Assembly (NCBI GenBank): GCA_047495785.1
Contig: JBLDXI010000003.1
Coordinates: forward strand, 558,001 to 622,000
Origin: Lepidodermella squamata
Lineage: Eukaryota > Animalia > Gastrotricha
Length of the DNA: 64,000 bases
Direction: 5' to 3'
Below, piece by piece: positions 59,901 through 64,000 of this stretch. Each line of letters begins with the position of its first letter. Position 1 is the first letter of the stretch. The translations under genes and the position numbers were made by a program. Below the pieces are notes generated by a model. The model saw only the letters and a program-made list of their open reading frames with translations. It had not been told where the DNA came from and did not search any database.

Positions 59901-62900
59901 TCCTGGTCCAGTTGCTAGGCAACGGCCGTTGGACGATCGACAGCCAAGGATGCGCGTCTTTGATAGAAACCCTCGAGTGGCCTTTCAACAGGTATTTAAA
60001 GCCCATTATTTCATCCTCAGTCGCCAGACTACGGCAGCGGGTTTGATTAGCGCGAATCGTCGTGTTGAACAAGAACAAGAATTTACGGCCTTTCACGACA
60101 TCGACAACGATAATTTTGTCAATGTTCAGTTCAAGGGGGTGTTTTTCTGAGGTTGCCTCGCGACTCTTCAAACTGATTTCAATCTTATCGATGCGGCCAA
60201 GTGGGTAGAAAGTGTTCAAGATGAAATTTGAAGGTCGGTGGTAAGTGAAGTTCTGACGAATTCCGTCATCCAGCTGCCGCCATTCGGTCGCCATACCTTC
60301 ACCGATGAGTCGAATGTCAACCAGAGGTCCGAATCGGTGATTGACGGTCTTTGTCACATGAACTGAAACCAGGTACTTCTGATCCTGATGAACGTCATTG
60401 CTTTTGATCGGCAAGAAAGCCCACTAGCAACACCAAAAACCAATATTTCAGCCGGAAATGAATTGTTAGAGTAACTTACGTCCTTCAAGTCACGTTTATC
60501 GAAGAAATGCATAGAAACGACGGTGACAATGAAGAAGACGATCACGATGACAATGAATGCAAGTACCGCGGCATTATTTGCGGCTAGAGTTGAGAAGTTG
60601 GCGAAAATATCCGAGAACTGGATAGTATTAGGAGCGATAAGAAGATCTGCTCCAATGCTGCCGAAATAGTTCGACTTGAAAACGACCGATGACTCGTTCG
60701 AATCAAGCTCAAGCTGTAGGAAATTGAAAGAGCGTTAGAGAAGCTTCATACAATCAAAATTCAAATTTCGGGATAAATATTTGTCAGCTTACAGATAAGT
60801 CGTCAGACACCGAAGCCGTGGTATCACGTCTGCTTCTTTGGGAAGTAGATTTGGCAGCATTGGCTAGTCTAATTTGACTTCCTTCGCTCTTCAAAAGTTC
60901 GCAAGCACTTGCAGGTAGATCTTCCATCGCATTCGGGAATATTCTTTTCATGAAAACATTCACCGAAATCGTTCCACCAGATACTTTATAAGTAGAAATA
61001 GCCAAAGAGACCACACTTGATGGAATCTTCACTTTGAACGGCATGCGAGGTTGGAAAGATGCTAATAACTCGCCGAATTGATCGTTTCTCGAGATTTTAG
61101 CCTCATTCTGTGAAACGGAAGCTAGCCAATGGTACTTTTTGTTTGTCGGCACGTCTTGGAATGAAATATACGCCGAGTATTGATAATCATCATAGGGTAA
61201 GGTAAGTACAAAATCGCCAGCTTCGGGATTTAAGGTGTAAGCAGCCAGGGACCCGAGAGAGTCGACATTGCTAGAAAGATCGCACTTGACGCGAGAAGTT
61301 TCACACCGAGCGGCTGCTTTTTGCTTCGCGAAGCTCGCGGCGGTTTTTGCAACGGGTTTCGTGGACATTCGGACTGAATATTTCGGATTCAACTTGAGCT
61401 CTTCAAAACCGGCGAAGGTTCGAAGCGAGATTGTTGGATAGTTGAACTGCTGATCGGCATCGAGCACGTTGTCGATGAATACCGTTAGCTTTGTGAGAAA
61501 AAAAAAGTTCTTAGCTACGATTTACAACCGAGTTTTTTGTACTTACCACAGTGGTAACTACCGTTTTACTAGTTAGAGTTTGCGATGAGGATGTGAAGAG
61601 ATCAGCATGGTTCGTGGATACATCGGGAAATACAACCCCTCCTCGGTCTACTACCAATTCCAATTTTGAAAGATCAGCTAGATAGACTTTCTGAACGAGA
61701 ACGTTGTAGAATTCGCCGTTGTACTTAATCGCCGGCCCGATAGATTGAACGCTCTTCTTCAGCGCTTCAATAATGCTGTCCAGGAAGCTCCTGAAACTTC
61801 CATACAGGATCTTGATTTGCTCATTCGGAACTGCCACGTTGACGCTAGGCTTTGACGCGGTTTCCACCTGTTGCTGACAGACTGGGTCTGATTTTGCAGC
61901 GGTTGCCGAATCTACTTCTATGGCCGAGTCTGTTTTAGCGGCAGAAATGATTTTCCCAACTGAGGCTATGCTATCATCAGCTGCTTTTGCGAACGAAGAT
62001 GCGATTTCCATCACTTTAGTGGCCGGCATCGATGATGCAATGCTGTTGATGCGCTGAGCAATAGCGCCAAGGTCTGAAACCATTTCGGCTTGTTTCTACA
62101 AAGAAAAAATTATGTCTAATCCTCAATTCAAGTCGTCTACAAAGCTAAAAAAGCATGTTGAAAAACACGCAAGGCCACATACCAGAACTGATGTTAACGT
62201 TGGAATCGGGGCTTCTGTCACAATAGAACCAGCGGCCACAGATTGGGTTGTGGTTTCAATCGCACTCGACTGGGCAGCTTTTACACTCGATGCTGAAATC
62301 AAAGCTGCAGTGGCAACATCTCCCACTTTGTTTAGGAAATCTGTATCAGACATTGCCGCAGCGTTTTTAACCGCCAAAGTCTCAGCCGATGCCGTAGCTT
62401 TGGACGCCGTGGATGTCAAACAAGTGGAGCCTTCGAAACCAGCCACACAGCTGCATTTATTCGGACCAGTGCAAGAGCCTCCATTCGCGCATGGAAACTC
62501 GCACGTTGGTGTTTGGCAATCATTCCCACTCCAACCTGATAAACATTGGCAGGTATTCGGACCAACACAACGGCCGTTTGAGTTGCAGTTGTTGCAAACC
62601 GCAGACGAACATTGGCTACCTGACCAGCCACTAGCGCAAACGCATTGGCCTGGTGATGAGCACGTGCCGCCATTTTGACACGATGGGTCGCAAATGGGAG
62701 TGCTGCAAGTCGCCCCGCCCCAACCTGTTTTACAGGTGCAAGTGTTAGGCGATGTACAGTTGCCGTTGACGCAGGCATTGCTGCAGGTCGGAATGGTGCA
62801 GTTAGATCCTGACCAACCAGTTGAACATGAGCAGCTTCCCGGCGAGATGCAAGTTCCCTGGGAACAGCCAACACAAACGGCTACATAAAGTTAAGGGATT

Positions 62901-64000
62901 TTACCATAATTATACTGTCAGGTTTAGTTTTGAAGTCTATACTTACGAGTAGAGCAAGTCGATCCGCTCCAGCCAGTGGTGCAACTGCAGCTATTTGTCC
63001 CAATACAAGTTCCTCCGTTGGCGCACGGAGTAGAACAAGTCGCTGTTGGTATAATTTAAGTAAAACTAATATCTTCAAAAGGAAACTCTTGCTTCTTACT
63101 CGTTGCAGAAGAACCGGAGGAGGAAGCAGAAGAAGAACTGTATGAGGAGCCCGATGAGGACCCAGAAGAAGAGCCCGATGAGGAGCCCGATGAGGACCCA
63201 GAAGAAGAACCGGATGAGGAACCTGATGAGGAACCAGAAGAAGAGCCGGATGAGGAGCCCGATGAGGAACCCGATGAGGAGCCGGATGAGGAGCCAGAAG
63301 AAGAACCCGAGGAGGAGCCCGATGAGGAACCAGAAGAAGAACCCGACGAGGAGCCCGATGAGGAACCAGAAGAAGAACCGGATGAGGAACCGGCATCGGC
63401 TTCGGCACATGTTGCTCCTTTGAAGCCCGCCTTACAGGTACAAGTATTTGGCGCAGTGCAGTTGCCATTCACACACGCAGGATTGCAAACAGCTGCAATT
63501 AATTCAAAACATTAGAAGTTTAATAATAAACCAAGCATTAAGCATTCTGACACTCGGAAGAACACACAGCTAACAAGAAAGCAAAGCCGGTAAGAGGCTA
63601 GAAGCTAGCCAATGTAACATACGTGTTGAACAGTCAGTCCCAGACCAGCCCGTAGCGCACTGGCACGTACCCGGCGCCGTACAGTTACCGCTGTGTTTGC
63701 AGGATGGATAGCAAACAGCTAAGAAAATTCGGAATAACACCTTTGGCCCCGAAAAATATCAGATAAATCTTACGAGTTGAACAGTCAGATCCTGACCATC
63801 CCGTAGCGCACTGGCAAGTTCCGGGTGCCGTGCAGTTGCCCCCATTTTTGCAGACGGTCGAGCATATAGGGGTCGAACATGTAGTCCCGCTCCATCCAGT
63901 CGAGCATGTGCAGGTATTTGGGCTAGAACAATTCCCATTCACGCAGGCGTTCGTGCAAACAGGAATTGCACAAGTGGTCCCGCTCCATCCAGTTGAACAT
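56988..64000 (-). CDS. Polycystin-1-like (PKD1L) protein: EGF repeats, Ser/Gly repeat, GAIN-like region, TM1, PLAT, polycystin channel domain; 5' end outside window
   Basis: EGF repeats (CVNGNCTSPNTCTC..GW.G..C), PNTIQF plus TM1 (60713-60480), PLAT (59540-60415), HPWLS..WTRSER..MLVNAMFY, and a channel exon with IGAIRIRQQR, YNSGGYYIDL, RWLDNATNVVFVDFNLFNP and NLFMTII. Confidence 0.92.
63110..63392 (-). repeat. Coding 12-bp minisatellite, about 20 x SSSG
   Basis: GAGGAGCCCGAT/GAAGAACCGGAT-type 12-mers on the + strand, in frame within an EGF exon of the PKD1-like gene. Confidence 0.9.

Noticed and set aside
63096-63423. FFFW-rich and SPMR-rich ORFs
   Set aside because: Alternative frames of the SSSG minisatellite.

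Overview
This is eukaryotic (metazoan, probably small-invertebrate) genomic DNA with many 50-80 bp GT-AG introns plus some long, TE-containing introns. The species cannot be determined from sequence alone. Gene order: divergent nuclear receptor (-); intronless ankyrin/SOCS-box gene (+); otoferlin-type ferlin (-) with four tRNA-Leu(TAA) genes and a TTA-flanked MITE in its introns; a five-exon 149-aa secreted 14-Cys protein missed by the ORF track (-); a head-to-head secreted polyprotein of four 6-Cys peptides (+); two intronless GABA-B-type class C GPCR paralogues (+) flanking a nine-exon Cys-loop ion channel with two tandem extra N-terminal domains (-); Sin3 (-); Rab3 (+); and the 3' part of a polycystin-1-like gene (-). 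MITEs and hAT, MULE and Helitron relics are scattered through the intergenic and intronic DNA. The most novel block is 17-35 kb: orphan secreted Cys-rich peptides next to atypical, chemoreceptor-like GPCR and ion-channel genes. All exon models were derived by hand from splice signals and reading frames and are not transcript-validated.
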